A stretch of 64,000 bases of DNA from Candidatus Poribacteria bacterium (lineage in GTDB: Bacteria; Poribacteria; WGA-4E; WGA-3G): positions 2,016,001 to 2,080,000 of the forward strand of contig CAXXLX010000001.1 of the NCBI GenBank assembly GCA_963665235.2, read 5' to 3'. The notes beneath the pieces are model-generated. The model searched no databases and had not been told where the DNA came from. It saw only the letters and a program-made list of their open reading frames with translations. Both the position numbers and the translations under genes were made by a program. Positions 32,515 through 41,724 of this stretch are shown piece after piece. Within the stretch, counting starts at the first letter, position 1. Each line of letters starts with the position of its first letter.

Positions 32515-33405
32515 TCACAGTGCCATATCGAACGTTGTTCCTGTCACGTTGCCTTTCACAAAAGCGTCTCGGAAGAGCGTTTGACGTTTAGGGGGCATCG
32601 TTTCCAGCAACGCCTGTGGCGGTTGTGACCGCGTCCACCGTTTATCCACAGAGTTGTACGCGTTGAAAACAGCGACGCGGTCCACGTCAGGATTTCGCCA
32701 TGCTTGTCCGCTGTGCGTAATTGCCTCCGTAAAAATAATCACAGAACCGGCGGGACAAGAATAGGTGTCCCAAAACGGCCACTCTTCTGTGCGAACAACT
32801 TCTGGAGCAGTATACGCTGCCTTATGGCTGCCCGTAATAAACAACGTGCCACCATCCCCCTTCTCCACAGGGTTAAGCTCCCAGACGACACGCGTTAAAC
32901 CGCTATACGCTTGACCCGGCAAACAGTGATATTCGTGGCAATCCCCCGGCATCCGAAACATGCCGTTGCCGTTATGTGGACTGAATGCAAACGGAGGGTC
33001 ATCTGATGCGGCACGCAACGCCAGAAAACTCATCTCCATGCGGAACCCGTAGCATGTCTCCGAAGCGAGATACGGGGATGCAAGGAATTCGTTTCCGAAT
33101 GCTACGACAACCGGATGGTCCATAAGTGCCTCCAACGGCCCGCCGTAAGTAGAGCGGTGGAGTGAAGGAATCGTTTCGGGAGTGCGTTTTAACCGATAGC
33201 AGAAATCGCGCATCTCCTCAACTTCTGACTCTGTCAACACACCCGGAATTAAGAGCCACCCGTTCTTATCAAAAAGATATTTCTGTTCCTGTGTCAACGG
33301 AACGACGGATTTGCCATCAGCGTTTGTTGTCGTGAGGTCCGCAGCCGTTGTCCTTAGCGGGTTGCCAAAATCCTTGTTAAACTTAATGCCTATCTGTTTA
33401 GCCAT
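32515..33405 (-). CDS. PhyH-family Fe(II)/2-oxoglutarate oxygenase (HxG variant)
   Basis: FDKNGWL, PHNG, DGGTLFITGSHK, ITHSG, DRVAV motifs. Confidence 0.88.
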   Translation of the reverse strand: MAKQIGIKFNKDFGNPLRTTAADLTTTNADGKSVVPLTQEQKYLFDKNGWLLIPGVLTESEVEEMRDFCYRLKRTPETIPSLHRSTYGGPLEALMDHPVVVAFGNEFLASPYLASETCYGFRMEMSFLALRAASDDPPFAFSPHNGNGMFRMPGDCHEYHCLPGQAYSGLTRVVWELNPVEKGDGGTLFITGSHKAAYTAPEVVRTEEWPFWDTYSCPAGSVIIFTEAITHSGQAWRNPDVDRVAVFNAYNSVDKRWTRSQPPQALLETMPPKRQTLFRDAFVKGNVTGTTFDMAL

Positions 33406-33439
33406 AAAACTGTTCCCCTTTTGTCAGCGTGCCTTGTAA

Positions 33440-33818
33440 TACCATTTCTAATTGAAAATGTCTCTTTCTTGTAGCATAAACTTCCAGTTTGTGCGCTTTC
33501 TTGTAGCATAAACTTCCAGTTTGTGCGTCTTTGTAGTAGCATAAACTTCCAGTTTGTGCGTCTTTGTAGTAGCATAAACTTCCAGTTTGTGCGTCTTTGT
33601 AGTAGCATAAACTTCCAGTTTGTGCGTCTTTGTAGTAGCATAAACTTCCAGTTTGTGCGTCTTTGTAGTAGCATAAACTTCCAGTTTGTGCGTCTTTGTA
33701 GTAGCATAAACTTCCAGTTTGTGCGTCTTTGTAGTAGCATAAACTTCCAGTTTGTGTCTTCCGTTCTCCGTTTCATTTCTAACAACCGGTAATGATAGAA
33801 TAATTAATAAAAATGGTA
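33440..33818 (-). mobile_element. TIR element (TACCATTT ends, TAA target duplication) carrying 9 tandem REP hairpins, mostly 33-bp period
   Basis: TAA|TACCATTT...AAATGGTA|TAA; units start at 33471, 33503, 33536 ... 33734. Confidence 0.88.
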
Positions 33819-33890
33819 TAAGCATGATGGAAGGCAAATCTCCCTATACGACGGGCGATGAATCGCCCTACTACGAACTAGAGGGCAGCT

Positions 33891-34646
33891 CTACCGATTT
33901 TTTAGCGATGCCCAACGGGTTGAAACGGTTGAAGCTGAAGGATCAACAGATAAAATGTCATCAAAAACTATCTTACCATCTTTAATCCGATAAGAGACCC
34001 TAAAATTCGTTTCGAAGTTAACAAACAGATTCCAGCCAATACCCTCAATAACCTTTACCATCAGTAGATTTTTCCCTGCCCTCAGCGGGACTGAAGGACG
34101 TTGCGGCATCTCCGATGCCTCATTACTCTGCATTCTCTCTCTAGAGGTATAGACAACTTTACCGTTGAGCCAAACCTTCGCGTAGTCGCTATAACCGAGA
34201 TGCATCGTTACCTGCGATGCTTTGTCAACATTAAAAGCGATAAGTCCGTAAAACACCGCATTTGAAAATCCCTCAGGATTTAATCCTACACCCCCAACAA
34301 GGTCGCCTATATTTTCAGTGAATATTTCGTGTCTACCCCCTAAAAATCCGCCATGCCAGCGCAAATGTCCCCCGACGAACAGGATGTCTATCGGTTTTAT
34401 CTCACCTTGTGCCAAGCTATTTTCCGCAACCCGCTCATCGGTATACCGAGAAAGAAAATCTATTTTGAGGCTCCCTATGTCCTCACAGTCAATTCTGCCA
34501 CACGAGACAACTGTGTAAATCCAAGGCCCACCGATATAATCGGGATTATGCTGAATACCGCCCTGTGCATACACCGTAGTCGTAACCAAGCAGATTAGTA
34601 GTCCAAGCATCACGCTAAGAACAGGACGTGTTTGGATTGTATACAT
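33891..34646 (-). CDS. Secreted beta-sandwich (PA14/galactose-binding-like) protein with C-terminal V(D/E)P...TRW..LK tail
   Basis: Signal peptide; SDYAKVWLNGKVV, LRAGKNLLMVKV; ends SVDPSASTVSTRWASLKNR. Confidence 0.7.
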   Translation of the reverse strand: MYTIQTRPVLSVMLGLLICLVTTTVYAQGGIQHNPDYIGGPWIYTVVSCGRIDCEDIGSLKIDFLSRYTDERVAENSLAQGEIKPIDILFVGGHLRWHGGFLGGRHEIFTENIGDLVGGVGLNPEGFSNAVFYGLIAFNVDKASQVTMHLGYSDYAKVWLNGKVVYTSRERMQSNEASEMPQRPSVPLRAGKNLLMVKVIEGIGWNLFVNFETNFRVSYRIKDGKIVFDDILSVDPSASTVSTRWASLKNR

Positions 34647-34698
34647 TTTTACCCTCACTATTTGCTGTTGAACAAAGAAAAGCCCGACATAAGCCGTA

Positions 34699-35535
34699 CT
34701 ACATGCCAGCGCAAAGTTCTGTAACCAACGCAGCGTTTTCACCAACCTGATCGCCGAATTGCTGATACATACCGAGCAACAGCACATCAATCGGTTTCGC
34801 GTTCTCTATAGCGAACTTAACCTCGTCACGAATTTGCTGTTGACTTCCGATTGTTCTACCCGCCGCCAACACTTTGAAGAGGATACACGGTTTATCCGTC
34901 CGTTGTATCGCCTTACACATCTCATCGCGGTCCTCGCGCGCATAAATTTCGCCTAAAGGGTCATAACCAAACTTCTTTCTAAACTTTTCAGTGCCACCGT
35001 GTAGGTTATAGAGGGCAGTCATGTAGTAGTCTATATCCCACCCTTCATCTTCAGCAATATGCACCAATTTCGGGTCGTGAACGGATAAACCGACGAGAGC
35101 CCCGGTATCGCGAATCCGTTTCAGGATATCCTGCAACAGCGCAAGCCTATTTTCTCGCAGACACCGTTGTCCTACACCGCCTCCATGTGGTGCCATACCG
35201 AGCGGGTTGTGTTTCGCATCTTCAAAAACCCGGTCCGGTTCATCGTACCAAACGGAACTCCAGCTGAGACAAAAGTAGTGCATTGTGCCCCCCGCATCGC
35301 GGTACCGCTGTAGGTCAGAGATGGAACGTTCCGTTACGCTATTCTGCCAACCGTTAATCCCGACCGCCTCCGCTCTTTTGAGCGTCGCCACAACCCGTTC
35401 CGGGGTATGATACGCCTTCTGATGCTGTGACAGCAGTTGATTAAAGTGAGAATAACCGTAAATCGGATTATCTCCAATCAACAACTTACTGATTTGATGA
35501 TTACAAAATGCGACCTTCGGTAAGTTAGTTTCCAC
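34699..35535 (-). CDS. Hypothetical TIM-barrel protein (aldo/keto reductase-like fold)
   Basis: ISKLLIGDNP, VGLSVH, FKVLAAGR; GTG start with GGAGG RBS. Confidence 0.65.
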   Translation of the reverse strand: METNLPKVAFCNHQISKLLIGDNPIYGYSHFNQLLSQHQKAYHTPERVVATLKRAEAVGINGWQNSVTERSISDLQRYRDAGGTMHYFCLSWSSVWYDEPDRVFEDAKHNPLGMAPHGGGVGQRCLRENRLALLQDILKRIRDTGALVGLSVHDPKLVHIAEDEGWDIDYYMTALYNLHGGTEKFRKKFGYDPLGEIYAREDRDEMCKAIQRTDKPCILFKVLAAGRTIGSQQQIRDEVKFAIENAKPIDVLLLGMYQQFGDQVGENAALVTELCAGM

Positions 35536-35575
35536 TATATTTCCTCCAAGATAGAAAACAGCTCTCAAAACGTGT

Positions 35576-36646
35576 CTAACCGAACAGAAATCCCTCGAAA
35601 ACGGATGTATCAATTTCACGTACAAGCTGCATCGTCAAATCCAACGCTGCCGTGTAGTCATCAGTGTTAATAATTGAGACATGGCTATGGATATAACGTG
35701 AGGGCACACCGAGCACGACGGAGGGAACACCTCTGCCGAACTGATGAATTGCCCCGCCATCTGTTCCGCCAGATTGACGCACACCTAATTGATGCGGTAT
35801 TTCATGTTTCTTCGCTGTCTCAACCACGAAATCAGCCAACTTCGGATTGACAATCATAGAAGAATCAATTATCCGAATTTGTACGCCTGCGCCAAGCTTT
35901 CCCTGCGATTTACCGACGCTTAATCCTGGCGTATCATCGCCTGGCGGGCCCTCAAGTACAATTGCAAGGTCAGGTTGCACACTATTCACCATTGCCCGCG
36001 CTCCTCGTAAGCCAACCTCTTCCTGTACACTTCCTACCCCGATTACGGTGTTTGGGTGTTTCTCAAGCTGCAAAAGCGCATCAATCACAAGTGCAACCCC
36101 GACGCGGTTATCGAACGCCTTGGCTGATAACAATTTGCTGTTTTTCAACGGCATAAAGGGGCCGTAAGGTGCAATCGGGCACCCCGGTCGGATGCCATAC
36201 TCCTCCGTTGCCTGTTCTTCGTTCTCCGCGCCTACATCAATAAACAGGTCCTTCATATCCAAGACCTTATCACGGCCGCCTGAAAGTAGATGGGGCGGTG
36301 TTGAGCCGACAACGCCGTGCACTTTTCCCAATTTCGTTGTAATCCTGACGCGTTGTGCTAATAGCGTGTGCGCCCACCATCCACCGAGCGGCAGAAACTT
36401 GACGAACCCATCATCCGTGACATTTTGGACAACAAATCCGATTTCGTCTAAATGCGAATCGAGTAAAATCCGTGGGTGTTCCGCTTCTCCTGCGCGCGTG
36501 CAGAAAATATTTCCTAATCTATCTGTCTCTACTGGGCCCACATCGGCGACAGCGTCGCGAAAGACATCCCGTACTTCCGCTTCATATCCCGGAATTCCAT
36601 CAGCTTGTGTCAATGACTTGAGCAATTCTATTGAGGTTTCTTTCAT
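35576..36646 (-). CDS. M42-family metallopeptidase
   Basis: HLDEIG, KAFDNRVG, QEEVGLRGA, GGTDG, RYIHS. Confidence 0.95.
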   Translation of the reverse strand: MKETSIELLKSLTQADGIPGYEAEVRDVFRDAVADVGPVETDRLGNIFCTRAGEAEHPRILLDSHLDEIGFVVQNVTDDGFVKFLPLGGWWAHTLLAQRVRITTKLGKVHGVVGSTPPHLLSGGRDKVLDMKDLFIDVGAENEEQATEEYGIRPGCPIAPYGPFMPLKNSKLLSAKAFDNRVGVALVIDALLQLEKHPNTVIGVGSVQEEVGLRGARAMVNSVQPDLAIVLEGPPGDDTPGLSVGKSQGKLGAGVQIRIIDSSMIVNPKLADFVVETAKKHEIPHQLGVRQSGGTDGGAIHQFGRGVPSVVLGVPSRYIHSHVSIINTDDYTAALDLTMQLVREIDTSVFEGFLFG

Positions 36647-36685
36647 CTTTGTGTTCCTTCACCAATCGTACTATAATTTGACAGC

Positions 36686-36714
36686 ATTATAGCACGATTG
36701 ATATTTTTCAACAA
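36686..36714 (-). promoter_or_regulatory. Extended -10 promoter for the M42 peptidase operon
   Basis: TTGTTG-N17-TATAAT with TG. Confidence 0.55.
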
Positions 36715-36727
36715 GGTTTTTCCGAAA

Positions 36728-36815
36728 AAAGTAGCCCCAGCGGAGCGGGATGTTTATAGAAAACGCAACCACAACACATAAAGTAGCCCCAGCGGAGCGG
36801 GATGTTTATAGAAAG
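36728..36815 (+). repeat. Direct repeat pair GTAGCCCCAGCGGAGCGGGATGTTTATAGAAA
   Basis: Two identical ~35-bp copies; related sequence near 54200; followed by (CTTCCACC)n at about 36867-36898. Confidence 0.8.
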
Positions 36816-37009
36816 AACAACACCCTATCCGCGATTCAGACAACACACGCGAAATCCACTCCGCCGCTTCCACCCTTCCACCCTTCCACCCTTCCACCTA
36901 TTCCTTTGACAAAAACTTTACACACTCCTATCTTCTACCCCCTTTCTTTAAAATTGGAATTGTGATATAATTCTCAACGGTATACAAACTGTGAAAAGGA
37001 GAAACGTGA

Positions 37010-38224
37010 ATGAGCAATCCAGCTTACACCCTTTTAGCCGAAACATTAGAAAAACAGGGAATTCAGGTTGAAGCGATTAAAGCACACCTCAAACAACAAC
37101 ATATTGAAACACCGTCCTGGGGTTACGGCAATTCCGGCACCCGATTTGGCGTGTTTGAACAGCCCGGAGCAGCCAGAAACGCCGCGGAACGTTTAGAAGA
37201 TGCCGCTACCGTACACCGATTCACCGGCGTTGCCCCGACCGTAGCCCTTCATATTCCGTGGGATAAAACCGACGACTGGGGCGCGTTGAAACAGTACGCA
37301 GCAGATGTCGGCATCGGTATCGGCGCGATTAACCCGAACGTCTTTCAAGACCAAGCCTATAAACTCGGAAGCGTCTGCAATCCGAACGCGGATGTACGCC
37401 GCCTTGCAATTGACCACATGCTAGAGTGTGTTGACATCATGAAGAAAACAGGCTCAGATTTGTTGAGCTTGTGGTTTGCAGATGGCACTAATTTTCCCGG
37501 ACAAGCCAACTTCAGAAAACGTAAACAGTGGATGACTGAAGCGTTAATCGAGGTTTACGATGCCCTTCCCCAGGACACCCGTATGCTCATTGAATATAAA
37601 TTCTTTGAACCCGCCTTTTACCACACCGATTTACCTGACTGGGGCACTGCTTACCTAATGGCGGCAAAACTGGGACCAAAAGCACAAGTCCTCGTCGACC
37701 TCGGACATCATCCGCAAGGCACAAATATTGAATTCATCGTTGCATATCTTATTGACGAGGGAAAACTCGGCGGATTTCATTTCAACTGCCGAAAATATGC
37801 AGACGATGACCTAACGGTTGGGTCTATCAATCCGCAAGAGCTCTTTCTCATCTACACCGAACTTGTCGCTGCCGAGCTTGACCCGGAGACAAAAACCGAT
37901 ATCGCCTACATGATCGATCAGAGTCATAATTTGAAACCGAAGGTGGAAGCGAGCATTCAATCGGTATGCAACCTGCAAAAAGCATACTCAAAAGCGTTGT
38001 TAGTCGACCGCGAAGCACTCGCAGCAGCGCAAGATGCGGAGGACCTGATTGAAGCGGAGAGCATCCTTCAACGCGCGTACGAAACAGATGTGAACCCCTT
38101 GCTTGAGCAGGTCCGTTTAGAGCTGGGACGCGACCCGCATCCATTGACCGCCTATCGAAAAAGCGGCTACTACCAGAAGATTAGCAAAGCACGCATCGGC
38201 GGAGAGAGCCAAGGATGGGCATAA
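37010..38224 (+). CDS. rhaI: L-rhamnose isomerase (RhaI subtype)
   Basis: [50 protein letters not shown]. Confidence 0.92.
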   Translation: MSNPAYTLLAETLEKQGIQVEAIKAHLKQQHIETPSWGYGNSGTRFGVFEQPGAARNAAERLEDAATVHRFTGVAPTVALHIPWDKTDDWGALKQYAADVGIGIGAINPNVFQDQAYKLGSVCNPNADVRRLAIDHMLECVDIMKKTGSDLLSLWFADGTNFPGQANFRKRKQWMTEALIEVYDALPQDTRMLIEYKFFEPAFYHTDLPDWGTAYLMAAKLGPKAQVLVDLGHHPQGTNIEFIVAYLIDEGKLGGFHFNCRKYADDDLTVGSINPQELFLIYTELVAAELDPETKTDIAYMIDQSHNLKPKVEASIQSVCNLQKAYSKALLVDREALAAAQDAEDLIEAESILQRAYETDVNPLLEQVRLELGRDPHPLTAYRKSGYYQKISKARIGGESQGWA

Positions 38225-38295
38225 AACCTATTACAGCATCGCGAGACAATAGACATAGGCACGTGCAGTTGCCGTAACACAAACGTAGTTTTAGG

Positions 38296-38976
38296 ATGAA
38301 CACGGAACATTTGAAAAAAATCGCCGCAGAAAAAGCCATAGAAGCGGTTCAAGATGGTATGATTATCGGATTAGGCACAGGCTCTACCGTCTATTACGCG
38401 CTTTTGAAACTCGGCACGATGGTCCAAAACGGACTCAATATCATCGGTATCCCCACCTCAACGGGCACCGAGCAAATTGCGATAGAACAGGGCATTCCGC
38501 TCTCAACCCTGACGATTCATCCCACCATAGAACTGACAATTGATGGGGCAGATGAGGTAGATGCGCACCTCAACCTGATTAAAGGCGGCGGTGCAGCATT
38601 GGTCAGGGAGAAGATTATCGCCAACGTCTCCAAACGCATCCTAATCGTCGTTGATGAGAGTAAGGTCTCCCGCGTGCTTGGCACCTCGTTTGCACTGCCG
38701 GTAGAAATTGTCCGGTTCGGATGGGAAGCAACACATCGCGCAGTCGAGCAGGTATGTGAACACGCCGAATTGCGGGGCGGAATTCAGCAACCCTTGCTAA
38801 CGGATAACGGAAATTATATCTTAGATTGCAATTTCAATGGAATTCCTGACCCCGAAGCAGTCGAATTGCAACTCAACAACATCCCAGGAGTCGTCGAAAA
38901 CGGTATTTTCGTGAACCGCGCAGACAAAATTATTATCGGCACCCCTGCTGGCATTCAGTATATGGAGAAGAAATAG
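38296..38976 (+). CDS. rpiA: Ribose-5-phosphate isomerase A
   Basis: GLGTGST, DGADEVD, IKGGGAAL.REKI, PGVVENGIF. Confidence 0.97.
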   Translation: MNTEHLKKIAAEKAIEAVQDGMIIGLGTGSTVYYALLKLGTMVQNGLNIIGIPTSTGTEQIAIEQGIPLSTLTIHPTIELTIDGADEVDAHLNLIKGGGAALVREKIIANVSKRILIVVDESKVSRVLGTSFALPVEIVRFGWEATHRAVEQVCEHAELRGGIQQPLLTDNGNYILDCNFNGIPDPEAVELQLNNIPGVVENGIFVNRADKIIIGTPAGIQYMEKK

Positions 38977-39845
38977 TGATTTACTGTCAAAAACTGAAAA
39001 CGGACGCGTTCACCCTCCAGCTCTGTCTGCTATTCATAGGATGTGTTACGTTGCTAAATCCCGCTACCGGAGAGATTTTTACAGAAACCGGCTTGATGGA
39101 CATCCCAACAGGCAAAGTGCTAAAACACGGTATATTCGACGCAGGGGTTTATGCCCCGTTCCAAAATTCATCACATTTCTCACGCGACGCTGTCGGGTTC
39201 CGAGCCAACTTTGGTATGTTTGATAGGGTTGAAGTGGGGTTGTCACATCTATTGCCTCAGGATAACACCGCGCCCCGCTACGCTTTGGTACACTTAAAGG
39301 CACAACTTCTCACGGAGGCCGGGATGATTCCGGATGTAGCCGTAGGGATTGACAACCTCGGTGACACGGTAAGTCAGACCGACACTGCATTTACAAAGGG
39401 GTGGCGGACCTATCAATCTCAATCCGCGTTTCTTGTTATCAGTAAAACCTTCAATCTGCCGCGCATTCCCCTTATGTCGGGTCACATCGGGATTGGCAAT
39501 CACCGTTTCGCGTTTGATGAGCAGCCCATCGGCGTGTTTGGCGGGGTGAGCACTACGTTCCAACCCGCTTTCGCGAGAGGTGATATTGCGTTCAGTCTAG
39601 CGTTTGATGGCGCGGGGGTGAACGCCGGCGTGCGGTACACTGCCGATACTGGATTTCAGATTGCATTCGGCAGTGAGACACTGAACAGGCCGGACGAGCT
39701 CCGCTACATCTTCGCGATTTCTTGGACGAATGCGCAGCTGATGGAGCAGATAGCCGGTGCGAAGCGGCTTGCACGACAGGCTGCGAAACTTGCAAGTCAG
39801 GCAAAACGCACACCGACAAAAAAAGAGGAAACGCCTGAACAGTAG
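38976..39845 (+). CDS. YjbH-like outer-membrane beta-barrel protein
   Basis: Signal peptide, TGLMDIPT, PDVAVGIDNL, alternating beta-strand pattern. Confidence 0.6.
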   Translation: MIYCQKLKTDAFTLQLCLLFIGCVTLLNPATGEIFTETGLMDIPTGKVLKHGIFDAGVYAPFQNSSHFSRDAVGFRANFGMFDRVEVGLSHLLPQDNTAPRYALVHLKAQLLTEAGMIPDVAVGIDNLGDTVSQTDTAFTKGWRTYQSQSAFLVISKTFNLPRIPLMSGHIGIGNHRFAFDEQPIGVFGGVSTTFQPAFARGDIAFSLAFDGAGVNAGVRYTADTGFQIAFGSETLNRPDELRYIFAISWTNAQLMEQIAGAKRLARQAAKLASQAKRTPTKKEETPEQ

Positions 39846-39894
39846 GAATACTCTCTCTAGGAATAGCCTTCAGCGGTAAATAGGGATTGACTTC

Positions 39895-40812
39895 TTACTG
39901 CTTGGCACTAATAGATTCCATCACATTTTGAAGTGATTTCAACAATTCTGCCAAAAAATCTTGGGGTGGCACAAGAATAATTTCAATTCGCCGATTCTTC
40001 GCCTTCGCTTCCGGCGTATCCTCCGTATCTATCGGTTGATAGAACGCATAGCCTGTTGCAGCCAAACGCTCCGGATTAACACCCGCATTTTCCTGCAAAT
40101 ACTTCACCGCAGCAATTGACCGCTGGGTTGACAAATCCCAGTTTCGCAGTGCTGAACCAGCAATCGGGCTGTTATCTGTATGCCCCTCAACGCGAATTGC
40201 ATAATCCGAATAATCCACATTCAGCAACACCTCTTCCGAGATTGCGTCAAGGAGAGCTTTCCCCTCCGTACTCAGAATAGCACTGCCTGTTTCAAACAGG
40301 ATTTTGCCTTTCACATCAAGCCGCAGCCGGCCGGCTTCATCCAGCACAGCCCCGACCGTATCCTTAAACCTTTCCTGGATAGCCGTGATAGAACGTTGCG
40401 AATGCTCACGAATTCCCTGTAATTCCGTTTCAATATCGGTGAGTTTTGCACGGAGCTTCGCCTTTTCAAGTTCAAGCGCACTTTTGTCCTGCTGGAGTTT
40501 ATTCCGGTCCGCAGCAATTTTTCGCGCAGCCTCACTGGCATTTTCCAATATCTCTTTCGTCTGCTCCAGTTCTGTCTGCGTTTGACCGAGTTCTGTCCGT
40601 GTTTCTTCAAGCGTTTTCTCAGTTTTTGCTAACTTTTCTTCCAGCTCTGTCTTTGCTGTTTCCGTTGTCTTCAATGTCGCTTGGGTCGTATCCAAATCTG
40701 CCCGCGTTTTTTTAAGCGTGCGGGTCGTCGAATAAAGCGGTACCGCTAACCCAACGATAGCAATAACAGCAATGACTATAGAGGCAATTAAAAGAATCCT
40801 TTTTTTACTCAT
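39895..40812 (-). CDS. OmpA/MotB-domain protein with TM anchor and coiled coil
   Basis: ILFETGSA, VEGHTDN, NWDLSTQRS, NRRIEI. Confidence 0.9.
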   Translation of the reverse strand: MSKKRILLIASIVIAVIAIVGLAVPLYSTTRTLKKTRADLDTTQATLKTTETAKTELEEKLAKTEKTLEETRTELGQTQTELEQTKEILENASEAARKIAADRNKLQQDKSALELEKAKLRAKLTDIETELQGIREHSQRSITAIQERFKDTVGAVLDEAGRLRLDVKGKILFETGSAILSTEGKALLDAISEEVLLNVDYSDYAIRVEGHTDNSPIAGSALRNWDLSTQRSIAAVKYLQENAGVNPERLAATGYAFYQPIDTEDTPEAKAKNRRIEIILVPPQDFLAELLKSLQNVMESISAKQ

Positions 40813-41110
40813 GTAGTTCTCCTCGTAGATTAAGAATAGCATCAAATCTATCATTTTTTGATGCCTTATTCTTTTTTATAATGCCGCACTCAGTGCAGCG
40901 GTGAATCAGAATGTAATCCCCCCGTTTCATAGTAAACGCAATCGGTTCCATCAAACCGCGGCACCTTTCGGTCCGGTCGCCAGGGTTCACATCTACGTGT
41001 AAGCTCCAGAGACATTCCGGGCAGTGATTGGTATACCCATTTCCCTTTACAAATACCCTACAATTTCCGCATGTAAAATTTTCAATATGCCGTTGAAATT
41101 TTTTGTTCAC
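40805..41110 (-). CDS. RNHCP-domain zinc-binding protein
   Basis: FTCGNC, TNHCPECLWSLHVD..PGDR, HRCTECG. Confidence 0.88.
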   Translation of the reverse strand: MNKKFQRHIENFTCGNCRVFVKGNGYTNHCPECLWSLHVDVNPGDRTERCRGLMEPIAFTMKRGDYILIHRCTECGIIKKNKASKNDRFDAILNLRGELHE

Positions 41111-41724
41111 GGGTTAACCTCTACTTGCGTTTCATGGTGAAGACGGTCTAATGTTCGTTTTAGACTTGGTGATACGGTCGCAGCACGTTCCAAATCCCAA
41201 TGGTCTCGAACAAACTGGCTTAAACGCGCATTATATCCGTTTCCAGTTTTTGCACTTCTATTGTTTTGTTTTGGTACAAGTGCTTCTCGCAATTCTGTTT
41301 TATTACTTTTTCGGGCAAGTGTTACAAGGAATTCTTTGGGGTCTCCGATTTCATAAGTGTTCCGTGGAATACGATGCGTTGGTATTCCCAAGAAACCTGC
41401 AAAAGCCGTTCTATCTGCCATAATCCAAGATTCAACTTCCATGACTGCAACCCGTAGGAAAAACCAACGATTTAAAGGACCTTTTACCCAAGACTGAATA
41501 AGACCAGGGGCACAATCTCTAGGAGAATCCAAATCTGTCAACATAAAAACACCGCATTCCTGATATGCCGCTCGGTTGTACTCCTGTGCCTTTCGCTGAA
41601 GATAGGAATTTCCTCTATATGTGATTTTTTGCTGAATTCCAATACCGAGATGTCTCAGAATTTTGGTCGAAACTTCAGTGCTGAGTATATCTTCTGCTAC
41701 AAGTATTACGTTGTTTAATCCCAT
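41107..41724 (-). CDS. DUF4276-like (TOPRIM-type) protein
   Basis: VAED, LTDLD, EVESWIMAD, DPKE, SPSLKR; overlaps the upstream ATPase gene. Confidence 0.75.
   Translation of the reverse strand: MGLNNVILVAEDILSTEVSTKILRHLGIGIQQKITYRGNSYLQRKAQEYNRAAYQECGVFMLTDLDSPRDCAPGLIQSWVKGPLNRWFFLRVAVMEVESWIMADRTAFAGFLGIPTHRIPRNTYEIGDPKEFLVTLARKSNKTELREALVPKQNNRSAKTGNGYNARLSQFVRDHWDLERAATVSPSLKRTLDRLHHETQVEVNP

Noticed and set aside
33471-33757. CRISPR array (also 56811-57022)
   Set aside because: Units are tandem with nearly identical 8-9 bp linkers, no unique spacers and no cas genes; better explained as REP arrays inside a TIR element
33390-33837. Repeat-protein ORFs (KLEVYATTKTH, RRTNWKFMLLQ and similar)
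   Set aside because: By-products of a 33-bp DNA period; the homologous array has a 32-bp period and breaks the frame
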